This document shows positions 31,478 through 43,545 of a DNA stretch of 64,000 nt, piece by piece. How positions within the stretch are numbered: the stretch's first letter is position 1; every line of letters starts with the position of its first letter. Under the pieces are notes generated by a model. It worked only from the letters and a program-made list of their open reading frames with translations. It made no database searches and had not been told where the DNA came from. The position numbers and the translations under genes were made by a program. Location of the stretch: the NCBI GenBank assembly GCA_963662275.1, contig OY759316.1:3744001-3808000 (forward strand), read 5' to 3'. Source of the DNA: Candidatus Cloacimonadales bacterium. Lineage in GTDB: Bacteria > Cloacimonadota > Cloacimonadia > Cloacimonadales > DAONDQ01.

Positions 31478-31849
31478 ATGTCCGATAAAAAGAATCAAGT
31501 AATCGATATGATTAAAGAAATGACAGTACTTGAACTGTCCGAATTAGTGAAAGAAATGGAAACCATATTTGGTGTATCTGCTACTGCCCCTGTGGCTGCT
31601 GCAGCCGCTGCAGCTCCTGTTGCCGTGGAAGAAGAAAAGTCAGAATTCGATGTTATCTTAGCTGATGCCGGTGAAAAGAAAATCAACGTCATTAAGGTCG
31701 TCAGAGAGATCACCAAGCTTGGACTGAAAGAAGCCAAGGATCTTGTCGATACTGCACCGAAACCAATCGTGGAAAAAGTATCTAAGGAAGAAGCCGAAAG
31801 CGTAAAGAAAAAGCTTGAAGAAGCCGGCGCACGAGTTGAAGTTAAATAA
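31478..31849 (+). CDS. rplL: 50S ribosomal protein L7/L12
   Basis: [24 protein letters not shown]. Confidence 0.99.
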   Translation: MSDKKNQVIDMIKEMTVLELSELVKEMETIFGVSATAPVAAAAAAAPVAVEEEKSEFDVILADAGEKKINVIKVVREITKLGLKEAKDLVDTAPKPIVEKVSKEEAESVKKKLEEAGARVEVK

Positions 31850-31864
31850 TCAATATAACCATCG

Positions 31865-31903
31865 GGAAGTGGGTATAGTCTACCCACTTCCATTTTGTAT
31901 TTT
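31865..31903 (+). terminator. Terminator/attenuator between rplL and rpoB
   Basis: ggaagtgggta-tagtc-tacccacttcc followed by a T-rich tail. Confidence 0.75.
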
Positions 31904-31954
31904 TAGAAAGAAGTTCATTAAGCGATCTATATCGCTTGATTTTATACAAGGAGA

Positions 31955-34900
31955 GTGCTTTTGAGACCAATCAAAAGTTATTCCCGCATATCCAAGCGGT
32001 TTGAGGAACTTGGTCTTCCTAAGGTAGAAGTTCCCAATCTCTTAGCCATGCAGATCGATTCGTTTGATCAGTTTCTGCAGCGTGATATTCACCCGCAAAA
32101 AAGAGATGTAGCCGGATTGGAAGCCGTATTTCAATCGATTTTCCCTTTAGTTGATGCGAAAGGCAACTATCTTATGGAATTCCTGGAATATCATGTCCTG
32201 AAGGAAAAATACTCGATTGAAGAATGTATTGAGAGAAATCTCACCCATAATGCACCACTAAAAGCTAAAATGAAGCTGACGATCTTTGAGGATAACAATG
32301 GTGTTAAAGCACTCAAGGATCAGATTGAACAAGATGTTTTTCTCGGTGAGATTCCATTGATCACTGACCAGGGAACATTTATTATCAATGGTGCTGAAAG
32401 AACTATCATCTCCCAGTTGCACCGTTCTCCGGGAGTGTACTTCTCGGAAGAAAAACACCCGAGCGGGAAAATGCTGTATTCAGCCAAGATCATACCTTAC
32501 TCAGGTTCTTGGTTAGAATTTACGATTGATATTCATGACGTTATGTACGTCCATATAGATAAGCGTAGAAAACTACCGGTAACGGTCTTACTCCGTGGTA
32601 TTGGTATTTCTACAAACAATGATCTACGTGAAACATTCTATAAAAAAGAGAATTTACGACTTACAGAGGCAAAAGGAAAATACCTTTTCGCTGATATTAT
32701 AGTAGCCGACAAACCTGATCCAATTGCTTTGGCAAATGAAGAAATAACAGATGAACTGATCAAGATGCTTGTGGCAAATGGTGTTGGTCAAGTCGATATT
32801 ATTGCAGAAGAAAGTGATATGCATCGCCGTATTTTGGAAAGAACCATCGAAAAAGATCCTACATTGAATCAGGAAGACGCTGTTAAGAAGATCTATGGTT
32901 TGATTCGTCCAGGTGAAGAACCAACTTTTGAAGCTGCGATGACACTCGTGGAAAAAATGTTCTTCAATGAAAAGCGTTACAATCTTGGGAAAGTCGGTCG
33001 TTATAAAATGAACGCTCGTCTGAGTCTTGATACAGATGCAAATACCGTGACCCTGACCCTAACCGATTTCATCTGCATATTCAACACATTGATCAACATC
33101 TTCAGAGATGAGGATGAAGTTGATGATATCGATCATCTTGCTAACCGTCGAATCCGAACCGTTGGTGAATTACTGGAAGAACAATATACTTCAGGTTTGA
33201 ATATGGTTGCCAGGATTGCTCTTGAAAGAATGGCAATTGCCAATTCAGATGAAGTCACTGTGCATGATCTGATTAATAGTAATGCGCTTATCGCTGTAGT
33301 AAATTCATTTTTCCTGACAGGTCAATTATCTCAGTTCATGGAACAGACAAATCCATTGGCTGCGTTGACTCATAAAAGACGATTATCTGCACTAGGACCG
33401 GGTGGTCTGACGCGTGAAAGAGCCGGTTTTGAAGTTCGTGACGTTCATTATTCACATTATGGTCGTATCTGTCCTGTGGAAACTCCTGAAGGTCCGAATA
33501 TCGGTTTGATATCTTCTCCTGCTATTTATTCCAGGATCAATAGTCTCGGTTTTCTAGAAACCCCTTATATCAAGGTATTGAACGGAAAAGTTACTAATGA
33601 AATTGAGTACCTGGATTCTTCCCAGGAAGAGAAATACACGATAGCGCAAGCGAATATCAATATTAATGCAAAGCTGAAGATCATTGATGAATTCATTTTT
33701 GCAAGAAATAAAGGTGAGTTCATCCAAGTCAAACCATCAGAAGTTCAATTCATGGATGTCTCTCCTCAACAAATGGTTTCTGTATCTGCTGCGCTGATTC
33801 CTTTCCTGGAGCATGATGATGCAAACCGTGCTCTTATGGGATCGAATATGCAACGCCAGGCAGTTCCATTATTAAATCCGAAAGCACCAGTTGTTGGAAC
33901 AGGAATGGAGAAGATCGTAGCCAAGGATAGCGGAAGTGTTGCTTTAGCACCATTTGATGCTATTGTCACTATGGTCACTTCATCCTATATTGACTTAAAG
34001 CCAACAAATGAAAAGGATGATGCGATATATCTAGGTGTAAGTAATCGGATACATTTAAAGAAATTTGTGCGCTCCAACCAGGATACTTGCATCACACAAC
34101 GCCCCATAGTCAAAATAGGGGATACAATCAAAAAAGGTGATCCTATTTCTGATGGTCCGTGTATAGAAGGTGATCGCTTAGCGTTAGGAACGAATATGCT
34201 CGTTTCCTTTATGCCCTGGTATGGCTATAATTATGAAGATGCTATTATTTTGAGTGAAAATGTCGCAAGAGAAGATGCCCTCACTTCAATTTATATAGAA
34301 GAACTTGAAGTCCTGGTTCGCAATGTAAAAAACGGTAAGGAAGAATTGGCTTACGATATTCCAAATGTTCCTACCCAGGCATTACGTAATCTCGACAAGA
34401 CAGGTATCGTTCGTACAGGTTCTGTCGTCAAAGCAGGTGATATTATCGTTGGGAAAATCACACCGAAGAGTGTTGAAATTGATCCATCCCCCGAAGAAAA
34501 CCTGATGAGAGCATTATTTGGAGATCGCGCTGGTGATTTTACCAATAGTTCTCTAAAAGCAAAACCCGGTATGGAAGGTGTTGTCATTGATGTAAAAGTT
34601 TTTTCTCGTCTTGAAGATTCATCTGATTTCGAAGAAGATCATAAGGATCAATTGAATCAGATGAAATCAGATCTTAATGATCGCAAGAAGAGAATAGAAG
34701 ATTATAAAGAAGAGAAATTGATATCCTATTTAGTTGGTCAAAAAGCTAAGAATATCCAGGATGAAAAAACTGGAATGTTCTTTATTCCGACTGGCAAGAA
34801 GATTAATGCAGAAGATATCAAACATGTAAACTTCAAAAGATTGAATCTTGATGTTGAATTGGTTGAAGATGTAAATACCAACCGTATGATATACCAGGAT

Positions 34901-35737
34901 GTAGTTCTGAAAGTCAGGGCTGCAATTGAAGAAAGTGAAAATGTATATAAGAAATCAAAAGATCGTATGAAACATGGAGATGAGCTTCCATATGGTGTTC
35001 GTAAGATGGTAAAGGTGTATATTGCGAAGAAACGGAAGATCCAAGTCGGTGATAAGATGGCTGGTCGACACGGTAACAAGGGTGTGATATCTATTGTTGC
35101 TCCGATCGAAGACATGCCATTTCTTGAAGACGGGACATCCGTAGATATCGTATTAAATCCTCTTGGTGTTCCATCTCGTATGAATATCGGTCAAATTATG
35201 GAAACACATCTGGGTATGGCAGCACGTTTATTGGGTTTTGATGTCGAAACTCCTATATTCGATGGTGCGACCATTCATGATATTCGCGATGAATTAAAGT
35301 CTGCTAACCTTCCACTTGATGGAAAGCAAGTACTCTACGATGGTAAGACCGGACAACCCTTTAAGGAACGAGTGACTGTGGGTGTTATCTACATGCTCAA
35401 ACTGAACCATCTTGTCGCTGATAAGATGCATGCACGTTCAACAGGACCGTACTCCCTGATCACGCAACAGCCCCTTGGTGGTAAAGCACAACATGGTGGT
35501 CAACGTTTAGGAGAAATGGAAGTCTGGGCTTTAGAAGCATATGGTGCAGCACATCTTCTGGAAGAAATGCTGACAATTAAATCCGACGATGTCGATGGCA
35601 GAACGAATACCTATAAAGCCATTACGAGCGGTATGAATCCGCCTCCGCCGGGCGTTCCGGAATCATTCAATGTCTTGATAAGTGAACTCAAATCTCTTGG
35701 TTTTGATATTGAGTTTATTCGGGACGAGGAAAACTAA
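31955..35737 (+). CDS. rpoB: RNA polymerase beta subunit
   Basis: SQLHRSPG, ETPEGPNIG, GDKMAGRHGNKG, GGQRLGEME. Confidence 0.99.
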   Translation: MLLRPIKSYSRISKRFEELGLPKVEVPNLLAMQIDSFDQFLQRDIHPQKRDVAGLEAVFQSIFPLVDAKGNYLMEFLEYHVLKEKYSIEECIERNLTHNAPLKAKMKLTIFEDNNGVKALKDQIEQDVFLGEIPLITDQGTFIINGAERTIISQLHRSPGVYFSEEKHPSGKMLYSAKIIPYSGSWLEFTIDIHDVMYVHIDKRRKLPVTVLLRGIGISTNNDLRETFYKKENLRLTEAKGKYLFADIIVADKPDPIALANEEITDELIKMLVANGVGQVDIIAEESDMHRRILERTIEKDPTLNQEDAVKKIYGLIRPGEEPTFEAAMTLVEKMFFNEKRYNLGKVGRYKMNARLSLDTDANTVTLTLTDFICIFNTLINIFRDEDEVDDIDHLANRRIRTVGELLEEQYTSGLNMVARIALERMAIANSDEVTVHDLINSNALIAVVNSFFLTGQLSQFMEQTNPLAALTHKRRLSALGPGGLTRERAGFEVRDVHYSHYGRICPVETPEGPNIGLISSPAIYSRINSLGFLETPYIKVLNGKVTNEIEYLDSSQEEKYTIAQANININAKLKIIDEFIFARNKGEFIQVKPSEVQFMDVSPQQMVSVSAALIPFLEHDDANRALMGSNMQRQAVPLLNPKAPVVGTGMEKIVAKDSGSVALAPFDAIVTMVTSSYIDLKPTNEKDDAIYLGVSNRIHLKKFVRSNQDTCITQRPIVKIGDTIKKGDPISDGPCIEGDRLALGTNMLVSFMPWYGYNYEDAIILSENVAREDALTSIYIEELEVLVRNVKNGKEELAYDIPNVPTQALRNLDKTGIVRTGSVVKAGDIIVGKITPKSVEIDPSPEENLMRALFGDRAGDFTNSSLKAKPGMEGVVIDVKVFSRLEDSSDFEEDHKDQLNQMKSDLNDRKKRIEDYKEEKLISYLVGQKAKNIQDEKTGMFFIPTGKKINAEDIKHVNFKRLNLDVELVEDVNTNRMIYQDVVLKVRAAIEESENVYKKSKDRMKHGDELPYGVRKMVKVYIAKKRKIQVGDKMAGRHGNKGVISIVAPIEDMPFLEDGTSVDIVLNPLGVPSRMNIGQIMETHLGMAARLLGFDVETPIFDGATIHDIRDELKSANLPLDGKQVLYDGKTGQPFKERVTVGVIYMLKLNHLVADKMHARSTGPYSLITQQPLGGKAQHGGQRLGEMEVWALEAYGAAHLLEEMLTIKSDDVDGRTNTYKAITSGMNPPPPGVPESFNVLISELKSLGFDIEFIRDEEN

Positions 35738-35751
35738 ACGGAGGGAGTCTA

Positions 35752-38700
35752 GTGATTAGAGAACTAAAACGCGAAAAAAAGATAGAAAGCTACGATGCCG
35801 TAACCATTAAGATTGCTTCTCCTGAAGCAATTCGTTCCTGGTCTTATGGTGAAGTAACAAAACCTGATACATTGAATTATCGTACATTGAAGCCCGAAAA
35901 AGACGGACTATTCTGTGAAAGAATCTTTGGACCGGAACGTGACTATGAATGTGCGTGCGGTAAATATAAGAAAAAACGCTTTCAGAATACAGTTTGCGAT
36001 CGATGCGGTGTAGAAGTTACAACTTCCAGGGTAAGACGTACCCGGATGGGACATTTGGAACTTGCCGTTCCCGTTGCTCACATCTGGTTTATCAAGAGTG
36101 CCCCAAGTAAAATAGGTACATTGTTAGACATGACGATACGTAAACTCGAACGGATTCTCTACTATGAATCCTATATTGTCATGGATCCTGGTGATAGCCA
36201 ATATGAAAAAGGTGATTTGATCGATACCGATGAATACTATGAAATTCGAGATCAAGTAGGAGAGAATTTTGTAGCGATGATGGGTGCTGAGGCAGTCAAA
36301 CTACTTCTTGAAGAGCTTGATCTTGATGCGGAGGCAATGAATCTTCGTGCTATGATCAAAATGGAGACTTCTGCTCTCAAGAAACAGAAAGCCATAAAAA
36401 AGCTAAAAATTGTTGATGCTTTCCGTAAATCAGCGAATCGTCCTGAATGGATGATCATGGAAGTTCTGCCAGTGTTACCACCTACTCTCAGACCCTTGGT
36501 ACCACTAGAAGGCGGAAGGTTTGCGACGGCTGACTTCAACGATCTTTATCGTCGTGTGATCACACGAAATAATCGTTTAAAACAACTCCTTGAAATTCGA
36601 GCACCTGAAGTTATTTTACGTAATGAAAAGCGAATGCTCCAGGAAGCTGTAGATGCTCTAATAGATAATTCACGTAAAACACGTCCCGTCAAAGGACGTG
36701 GTAATAGAGCTTTGAAATCCTTAACGGATCAATTAAAGGGAAAACAAGGTCGCTTCCGTCAAAATCTTCTTGGTAAGCGTGTAGATTATTCAGGTCGTTC
36801 AGTAATTACAGTTGGTCCTGAATTAAAAATATACCAATGCGGTCTTCCAAAAGAAATGGCAGTAGAATTGTTCAAACCTTTCATTATTGAACGTTTGGAA
36901 AAGCTGGGAGAAGCTGAAAAGACTAAAACTGCTAAAAAGATGGTTGAAAAGAAACAACCTCAAATCTGGAAGATATTGGAAGAAGTAATCCAGGATTATC
37001 CGGTTTTATTGAATCGTGCTCCTACGTTGCATAGGCTTGGTATCCAAGCATTTATCCCAGTATTGACAGAGAATAAGGCAATCCAGTTACATCCTATGGT
37101 TTGTATTCCATTCAATGCTGACTTTGATGGTGATCAGATGGCTATTTATGTACCTCTTTCTCAAGAGGCACAAATTGAAGCTAGATTACTGATGTTATCC
37201 TCACGTAATCTTTTATTACCAGCGAATGGTACTTTAGCCATGGCTGCAAACCAGGATATTGTACTTGGATGTTACTATTTGACGATGTTAGCGACACCGG
37301 AGCCTGGGAATGAAGAAAGGATTTCTTATTTCCATTCTTTCGATGAAGTTATGATGGCATATGAACATGATGAAATGCTCTATTGTACAAAAGGTGAATC
37401 TCATGGGAAAAGATCATTGGATATTCACTCCTGGATTCGTGTTCGTATTAAGAAAGATATCATCCTGACAACTGTGGGGAGAGTACTTTTCAATCAGATT
37501 CTTCCTGTGGAATTACCATTCCAGAATATCGTATTTGATAAAGGTAAATTGAATGATTTAGCGATGCAATGTTTCGATATTGTAGGACAATGGCGTACAT
37601 CCCAATTCTTGGATGATCTGAAGAATCTTGGCTTTAGATATGCCACTCGTGCAGGGGTTACTTTCAGCTTTAGTGACATTGTTGTTCCTTCTGATAAGGA
37701 AAAAATCATTAGTGTTACAGAGACTGCTATCGAGAAAATTCTGGATACCTTCTATAAAGGTGCCATTACAGAAAATGAACGATTCAATCGAGTTGTCGAT
37801 AAATGGAAAATTACTACCGAACATGTTACAGATTCTTTAATGAAGGAACTAGCAGACGATAAAAACGGATTTAATTCCATTTATATGATGTATAAATCTG
37901 GTGCAAGAGGTAGTAAAGACCAAATCAAACAGCTAGGTGGAATGCGTGGCTTGATGGATAAACCTACCAAGAGCACAGCCGGTTCCGTTGATGTTATTGA
38001 AACTCCGATCAAATCAAACTTTAAAGAAGGTTTGACCGTTCTGGAGTATTTCATTTCCACTCACGGTGCTCGTAAAGGTCTTGCAGATACAGCTTTAAAA
38101 ACAGCAGATGCAGGATATCTCACCCGTCGTCTGGTTGATGTTGCTCAGAATGCAATTATTTCAATGGATGATTGCGGTACTATCGAAGGTGTTGAAATGA
38201 CAGCACTGAAAGAAGGTATGGAAGATGTTCAGAGCTTAGCAGAACGCATCCAGGGAAGAACTGCTGCTGAAGATATTCTTGATCCAGTTACAGGGAAAGT
38301 ACTTGTCTCAAGTACGGAAGAAATATCGAATAAAATGGCTCATACGATCCAAAATCATGGTATCATCAGCGTCAGAGTTCGTTCAGCTCTTACTTGTGAA
38401 GCTGAAAAAGGCATCTGCGTGAAATGTTATGGTCGTAATTTAGCTACTCAGAAAGCTGTTACTGCCGGTGAACCTGTTGGTATCATTGCTGCCCAGAGTA
38501 TTGGTGAGCCAGGAACCCAGTTGACTTTACGTACATTCCATATTGGTGGAGCTTCAAGTACGGATGTTGAAGTAGCAGAAGTAATATCTAATTTTGATGG
38601 GAAAGTAGTATTTGATAAAATGAATATGGTGAAGAATAAGCACGGAGCATGGATATCCGTCAGTCATTTTGGCAAAATCCTGATCGTAGACGAAAAGGAT

Positions 38701-40233
38701 GAAAACACAGCCTTGGAAGAGTATAAGGTAGAATACGCGGCAACCGTATATGTCCAGGAAGGTCAAATATTGGCAAAGGATACGAAGCTTTTTAGCTGGG
38801 ATCAATACAATAATCCGTTGATTTCGACTGCAAAGGGTGTTCTGCATTATGAAAACTTCATCAAAGATCTGACATATAAGGAAGAATTTAACGAACTAAC
38901 CGGTTCTCGGGAAATCACAATTATTGAATCAAAAGATCGTAAAATTCAACCTCAAGTCAAGATTGTGGATGATGACGGCTCAAAAGTTCTTGTACCCCTA
39001 CCTACAAGTTTGAGTGTCAAAGTCGAAAACGGCGCATATGTATATCCAGGTGATAAGCTTGGTGAAACATCGCGTATCACGATCAAACAGCGAGATATCA
39101 CTGGTGGATTACCTCGTGTACAGGATCTCTTTGAAGCTCGTGTACCAAAGGAAAAAGCTGTAATATCTGAAATCGATGGACAAGTTACGATTGGTGGGCT
39201 GAAAAAGACAGGACGCGATATCTTCGTTACTCCTGAAAATGGTATTTTCAGTAATACCGATGGAACGGTTCTTCTTAGAGATAACAAAGATGGCAGCAAG
39301 GAAATTGTCGTACTTCCTGCAAAAGCTGTCAGCGCTCCCAGGGATGGGAAAGTGGTTGTCGGTGAGAAAACAAAGAAAGGTACAGAAATCACTATAACCG
39401 GTAAGACTGGTAAAGATGAGCAGGTTATGATTCCAAGCGAGTTTTCTGTATTGGTATCGCAAGGTGAAAATGTGAAAACAAATGCACCTTTAGCCGGAAC
39501 CATTCATAAATTACCGGAAGAACAGGAATCCATCTACTCGGCAAACGATGTAGTCAAAGTAGGACAACCATTGGCTGGACGTAAGTACACGATTCAGTCG
39601 GGAAAACGTATCATCGTACATCAGGGTGAAATGGTTGACAGTGGAGATGCCATCTCCGACGGCCCGCTGGATCCACATGATGTATTGAAAGTGAAAGGTA
39701 TCAAAGCTGCACAGATGCTTATCCTGAATGAAATCCAGGAAATTTACCGGAAACAGGGTGTGAAGATTGATGATAAACATGTCAGCGTAATTATTCGCCA
39801 GATGTTTAAAAAAGTTCGCATTCTTGATCCGGGGCATACGATGTTCCTGGAAGGTGAAGTTGTAGATAAGATAACAGTGATGAGAGAAAATCGGAGATTA
39901 GAAGAAAAAGGTGGTGAAGGTGCCACGTTTGAACAGTTATTACTTGGTATAACCAAAACTTCCTTGCTGACTGAAAGCTGGCTATCAGCAGCCTCATTCC
40001 AGGAAACAACCAAAGTGCTCACTTCTGCATCCATAGAAGGAAAAGTCGATCACTTAGAAGGTCTCAAGGAGAGTATTATTCTTGGACATAGAGTACCTGT
40101 CGGTACTGGTTCAAAGTATTATACCAATTTAATTAAGAAGGCTGTGAATGAAGGTAAGGCAGTATCAGAAATTGTCGAAGAAATTGCCCATTCCAGTCAG
40201 AAAGATGACTTGGACATATTCCAAGATTTTTAA
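35752..40233 (+). CDS. rpoC: RNA polymerase beta' subunit
   Basis: NADFDGD, N-terminal Zn finger, [13 protein letters not shown]. Confidence 0.99.
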   Translation: MIRELKREKKIESYDAVTIKIASPEAIRSWSYGEVTKPDTLNYRTLKPEKDGLFCERIFGPERDYECACGKYKKKRFQNTVCDRCGVEVTTSRVRRTRMGHLELAVPVAHIWFIKSAPSKIGTLLDMTIRKLERILYYESYIVMDPGDSQYEKGDLIDTDEYYEIRDQVGENFVAMMGAEAVKLLLEELDLDAEAMNLRAMIKMETSALKKQKAIKKLKIVDAFRKSANRPEWMIMEVLPVLPPTLRPLVPLEGGRFATADFNDLYRRVITRNNRLKQLLEIRAPEVILRNEKRMLQEAVDALIDNSRKTRPVKGRGNRALKSLTDQLKGKQGRFRQNLLGKRVDYSGRSVITVGPELKIYQCGLPKEMAVELFKPFIIERLEKLGEAEKTKTAKKMVEKKQPQIWKILEEVIQDYPVLLNRAPTLHRLGIQAFIPVLTENKAIQLHPMVCIPFNADFDGDQMAIYVPLSQEAQIEARLLMLSSRNLLLPANGTLAMAANQDIVLGCYYLTMLATPEPGNEERISYFHSFDEVMMAYEHDEMLYCTKGESHGKRSLDIHSWIRVRIKKDIILTTVGRVLFNQILPVELPFQNIVFDKGKLNDLAMQCFDIVGQWRTSQFLDDLKNLGFRYATRAGVTFSFSDIVVPSDKEKIISVTETAIEKILDTFYKGAITENERFNRVVDKWKITTEHVTDSLMKELADDKNGFNSIYMMYKSGARGSKDQIKQLGGMRGLMDKPTKSTAGSVDVIETPIKSNFKEGLTVLEYFISTHGARKGLADTALKTADAGYLTRRLVDVAQNAIISMDDCGTIEGVEMTALKEGMEDVQSLAERIQGRTAAEDILDPVTGKVLVSSTEEISNKMAHTIQNHGIISVRVRSALTCEAEKGICVKCYGRNLATQKAVTAGEPVGIIAAQSIGEPGTQLTLRTFHIGGASSTDVEVAEVISNFDGKVVFDKMNMVKNKHGAWISVSHFGKILIVDEKDENTALEEYKVEYAATVYVQEGQILAKDTKLFSWDQYNNPLISTAKGVLHYENFIKDLTYKEEFNELTGSREITIIESKDRKIQPQVKIVDDDGSKVLVPLPTSLSVKVENGAYVYPGDKLGETSRITIKQRDITGGLPRVQDLFEARVPKEKAVISEIDGQVTIGGLKKTGRDIFVTPENGIFSNTDGTVLLRDNKDGSKEIVVLPAKAVSAPRDGKVVVGEKTKKGTEITITGKTGKDEQVMIPSEFSVLVSQGENVKTNAPLAGTIHKLPEEQESIYSANDVVKVGQPLAGRKYTIQSGKRIIVHQGEMVDSGDAISDGPLDPHDVLKVKGIKAAQMLILNEIQEIYRKQGVKIDDKHVSVIIRQMFKKVRILDPGHTMFLEGEVVDKITVMRENRRLEEKGGEGATFEQLLLGITKTSLLTESWLSAASFQETTKVLTSASIEGKVDHLEGLKESIILGHRVPVGTGSKYYTNLIKKAVNEGKAVSEIVEEIAHSSQKDDLDIFQDF

Positions 40234-40247
40234 TTTGGAGGTTAAGA

Positions 40248-40625
40248 GTGCCAACCATAAACCAATTGGTTAGAAAAGGTCGTTCTCTCGTAGAGAAAAA
40301 GAAAAAGAACAGAGCCTTGATGGCTTGTCCACAAAGACGTGGTGTATGCACCAGGGTTTATACAACAACGCCGAAGAAACCTAATTCAGCGTTACGTAAA
40401 GTAGCCAGGGTTCGTTTAACGAACGGTTTTGAAGTAACTGCTTATATTCCTGGAGAAGGTCACAATCTACAGGAACACTCGATTGTTCTTGTACGTGGTG
40501 GTCGTGTAAAAGATCTTCCGGGTGTACGTTATCACATCATTCGCGGAGCCTTGGATTGTGCCGGTGTGGAAAAAAGATTGAATTCCCGTTCCAAGTATGG
40601 AACTAAACGGCCTAAGAAGAAATAA
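40248..40625 (+). CDS. rpsL: 30S ribosomal protein S12
   Basis: [22 protein letters not shown]. Confidence 0.99.
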   Translation: MPTINQLVRKGRSLVEKKKKNRALMACPQRRGVCTRVYTTTPKKPNSALRKVARVRLTNGFEVTAYIPGEGHNLQEHSIVLVRGGRVKDLPGVRYHIIRGALDCAGVEKRLNSRSKYGTKRPKKK

Positions 40626-40637
40626 AGGGAGAATGAT

Positions 40638-41108
40638 ATGCCAAGAAAGCGTAAAGCTGTTGTTCGGGAAATATTACCCGATCCCAAATATAATGATGTT
40701 ATCCTTAGCCGTTTTATCAACTGCGTCATGAAATGCGGTAAAAAAAGCGTTGCTGAACATATTGTCTATCGTGCATTTGATGTTATTGCTGAAAAAACAA
40801 AAGCTGACCCCCTTGAAGTATTCCGGGTTGCTCTGGATAACGTACGTCCAGTTGTTAAAGTCGTTTCACGTCGTGTTGGTGGATCCAACTATCAAATTCC
40901 TTTAGAAGTAAATGAAAAAAATGGTCGTGCACTTGCTTTCAGATGGATCATTAGTTATGCAAGAGGCCGTTCAGAAAAGACCATGAGTGATAAACTTGCA
41001 GCTGAATTATTAGCAGCATATCGAAAAGAAGGTTCCAGCGTAAAAAAACGTGAAGATACACATAAGATGGCAGATGCCAATAAGGCTTTTGCTCATCTGC
41101 GTTGGTAA
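40638..41108 (+). CDS. rpsG: 30S ribosomal protein S7
   Basis: [23 protein letters not shown]. Confidence 0.99.
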   Translation: MPRKRKAVVREILPDPKYNDVILSRFINCVMKCGKKSVAEHIVYRAFDVIAEKTKADPLEVFRVALDNVRPVVKVVSRRVGGSNYQIPLEVNEKNGRALAFRWIISYARGRSEKTMSDKLAAELLAAYRKEGSSVKKREDTHKMADANKAFAHLRW

Positions 41109-41122
41109 CTGCTACAAATAAA

Positions 41123-43219
41123 ATGACTGATTTTGATCTGTCCACGATCCGTAATATTGGGATCATGGCACATATTGATGCCGGTAAAACTACAACAACT
41201 GAAAGGATGTTGTATTATACCGGCTTTCTTCATAAGATGGGTGAAGTGCATGATGGGAATACTTTTACTGATTGGATGGAACAGGAGCGAGAAAGAGGTA
41301 TAACAATTACATCTGCCACTGTTACTTGCTACTGGAAACGACATCAGATCAATATTATCGATACTCCTGGTCATGTTGATTTTACGGCTGAAGTAGAACG
41401 TTCTCTTCGTATCCTGGACGGTGCAATTGGTATCTTCTGTGGTGTGGGAGGTGTTGAACCTCAATCGGAAACAGTATGGCACCAGGCAGATAGATACAAA
41501 ATTCCTCGTCTGGCATTCATTAATAAACTTGATCGGGTAGGATCAGATTTCGACCATGTTGTGGAGATGATCCAGGATCGTTTGACCAGATATGCCTTAC
41601 CTGTTCAACTACCCATTGGTAAGGAAGAGAAGTTTCTTGGTATCATTGATTTGATTTCGATGCAAGCGTATTATTATGATCAAAATACGCTTGGTTTTAC
41701 TTTTAGAACTGAATCCATTCCAGAGGATTTGCTTGGACAAGCTGAACAAGCTCGTGAATTATTGATTGAATGTGTATCAGAATTCAACGATGAGTTATTG
41801 AGCCTATATATTGAAGGTGACGAAATACCGGAAGAGCTTATCAGAATTGCCATCAGAAAAGGGACAATTGATAATCTTTTTGTCCCTGTCTTATGTGGAA
41901 GTTCCCTGAAGAATATCGGGGTTCAGCTATTGATAGATGCAATTATTTCCTTTTTACCATCTCCCCTTGATATGGGAAGTGTAACGGGTTATGAAAAAGT
42001 AACTCATGAAGAAATCAAGGTTTTTCCTGATCCTTCAGAAAAATTTGCAGCTCTTGCTTTCAAAGTTCAAATCGATAAATTTGTGGGAAAACTGATCTAT
42101 ATCAGAGTTTATTCCGGTTCTATCAAAAAAGGAGAATCCTTTTGGAACCATACAAATGATAAAAGAGAAAGAGTTGCACGAATTCTTCAGATGCATTCAA
42201 ATAAAAAGAACGATATTGAGGAATTACATGCAGGAGATATAGGAGCATTAGTAGGTCCAAAATTCACAATTACAGGAGATACTATTACTTCTCCCGATTT
42301 ACCTCTTCTTTTATCAAAAATGAATTTCCCTGATGCCGTAATCTCTATTGCGATTGAACCTAAAACCAAAGCTGACTTGGAAGTTCTAACCGAAGCTCTT
42401 ACCAGATTTGAAGAAGAAGATCCTACTTTTCATGTTCACCAGGATAGTGATACTGGTCAGACTTTGTTATCTGGAATGGGTGAGCTGCATCTTGAAATTA
42501 TTATCGACAGGCTGATGAGAGAATTCAATGTTAAACCAAATGTGGGTAAACCACAGGTGGCTTATAAAGAAACTATTACGACTACTGCCGTCATGGAAGA
42601 ACAGTTTGTTAGAGAAGTGAATGGAAAGGGTAATTTTGCAGGAGTTAAGTTAAGAATTACTCCTCTTCGTGAAAATCAATTACGAGATGAAAAGCGTAAC
42701 CTTTTTGAAAATCTGATTGATAGTTCCATTATTCCAGAAGAATTCTGGACAGCAATTGAAGAAAGTGTTATCAATGCACTCAATGATGGACCACTAATCA
42801 ATAGCACTGTTGAGCGAGTAAAAGTCTCCCTGATTGGTGGTATGTTCAATCCTGTCGAATCAACAGAAGCTGCGTTTCGTATTGCTACATCAATGTGTGT
42901 GGGTAAAGCACTAAGAGAAGCGAATCCTGCAATTATGGAACCAATTATGCTTCTTACGGTTATTACACATGAGGACTTTGTTGGGGACGTGATTTCTGAT
43001 ATAAATTCTAAACGTGGGAAAATCGATATTATCCGTATTCAGAATGAGCACTTGCAGGAAATTGTTGCTGAAGTACCCATGAGTGAACTGTTTGGTTATG
43101 CAACTCGTGTCCGTTCCATAAGCCAGGGTAGAGTTGTGTATACCCTTGAATTCAAGAAATATGAAATAGTTCCTTTGGCTGTGCAGTTGAATATCTTGAA
43201 GCGCATCCGGGGCTATTAG
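41123..43219 (+). CDS. fusA: Elongation factor G (divergent domain IV)
   Basis: [37 protein letters not shown]; follows rpsG. Confidence 0.9.
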   Translation: MTDFDLSTIRNIGIMAHIDAGKTTTTERMLYYTGFLHKMGEVHDGNTFTDWMEQERERGITITSATVTCYWKRHQINIIDTPGHVDFTAEVERSLRILDGAIGIFCGVGGVEPQSETVWHQADRYKIPRLAFINKLDRVGSDFDHVVEMIQDRLTRYALPVQLPIGKEEKFLGIIDLISMQAYYYDQNTLGFTFRTESIPEDLLGQAEQARELLIECVSEFNDELLSLYIEGDEIPEELIRIAIRKGTIDNLFVPVLCGSSLKNIGVQLLIDAIISFLPSPLDMGSVTGYEKVTHEEIKVFPDPSEKFAALAFKVQIDKFVGKLIYIRVYSGSIKKGESFWNHTNDKRERVARILQMHSNKKNDIEELHAGDIGALVGPKFTITGDTITSPDLPLLLSKMNFPDAVISIAIEPKTKADLEVLTEALTRFEEEDPTFHVHQDSDTGQTLLSGMGELHLEIIIDRLMREFNVKPNVGKPQVAYKETITTTAVMEEQFVREVNGKGNFAGVKLRITPLRENQLRDEKRNLFENLIDSSIIPEEFWTAIEESVINALNDGPLINSTVERVKVSLIGGMFNPVESTEAAFRIATSMCVGKALREANPAIMEPIMLLTVITHEDFVGDVISDINSKRGKIDIIRIQNEHLQEIVAEVPMSELFGYATRVRSISQGRVVYTLEFKKYEIVPLAVQLNILKRIRGY

Positions 43220-43239
43220 ATTAATCAAAGGATGGAAAC

Positions 43240-43545
43240 ATGGAAATTCTTACTAAATATGTAGAAAAGACAGCTCAGATGAAAGTTGATGGAATCATCA
43301 ATAGCGAAAATGCATATGTATTTCAAGATGAGTTACAAAAAGTTTTGAAAAGCGATGCCTTAGTTCTAGAGCTTGATCTTTCAGAGTGCAGAAATATCAG
43401 TAGTACTGGAATTGGTCGTTTACTTTTATTTTATAAAGAGTTTATGACCCGAAGCGGTGAAATTGAAATTGTGAAATGCTCACCGACAATTTATGAACTG
43501 TTTACCATGATTAAGTTGAATCAATTGTTTTCTGTCAACCTGTAA
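43240..43545 (+). CDS. STAS-domain anti-sigma-factor antagonist
   Basis: LDLS..RNISSTGIG.L phosphorylatable Ser motif. Confidence 0.85.
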   Translation: MEILTKYVEKTAQMKVDGIINSENAYVFQDELQKVLKSDALVLELDLSECRNISSTGIGRLLLFYKEFMTRSGEIEIVKCSPTIYELFTMIKLNQLFSVNL

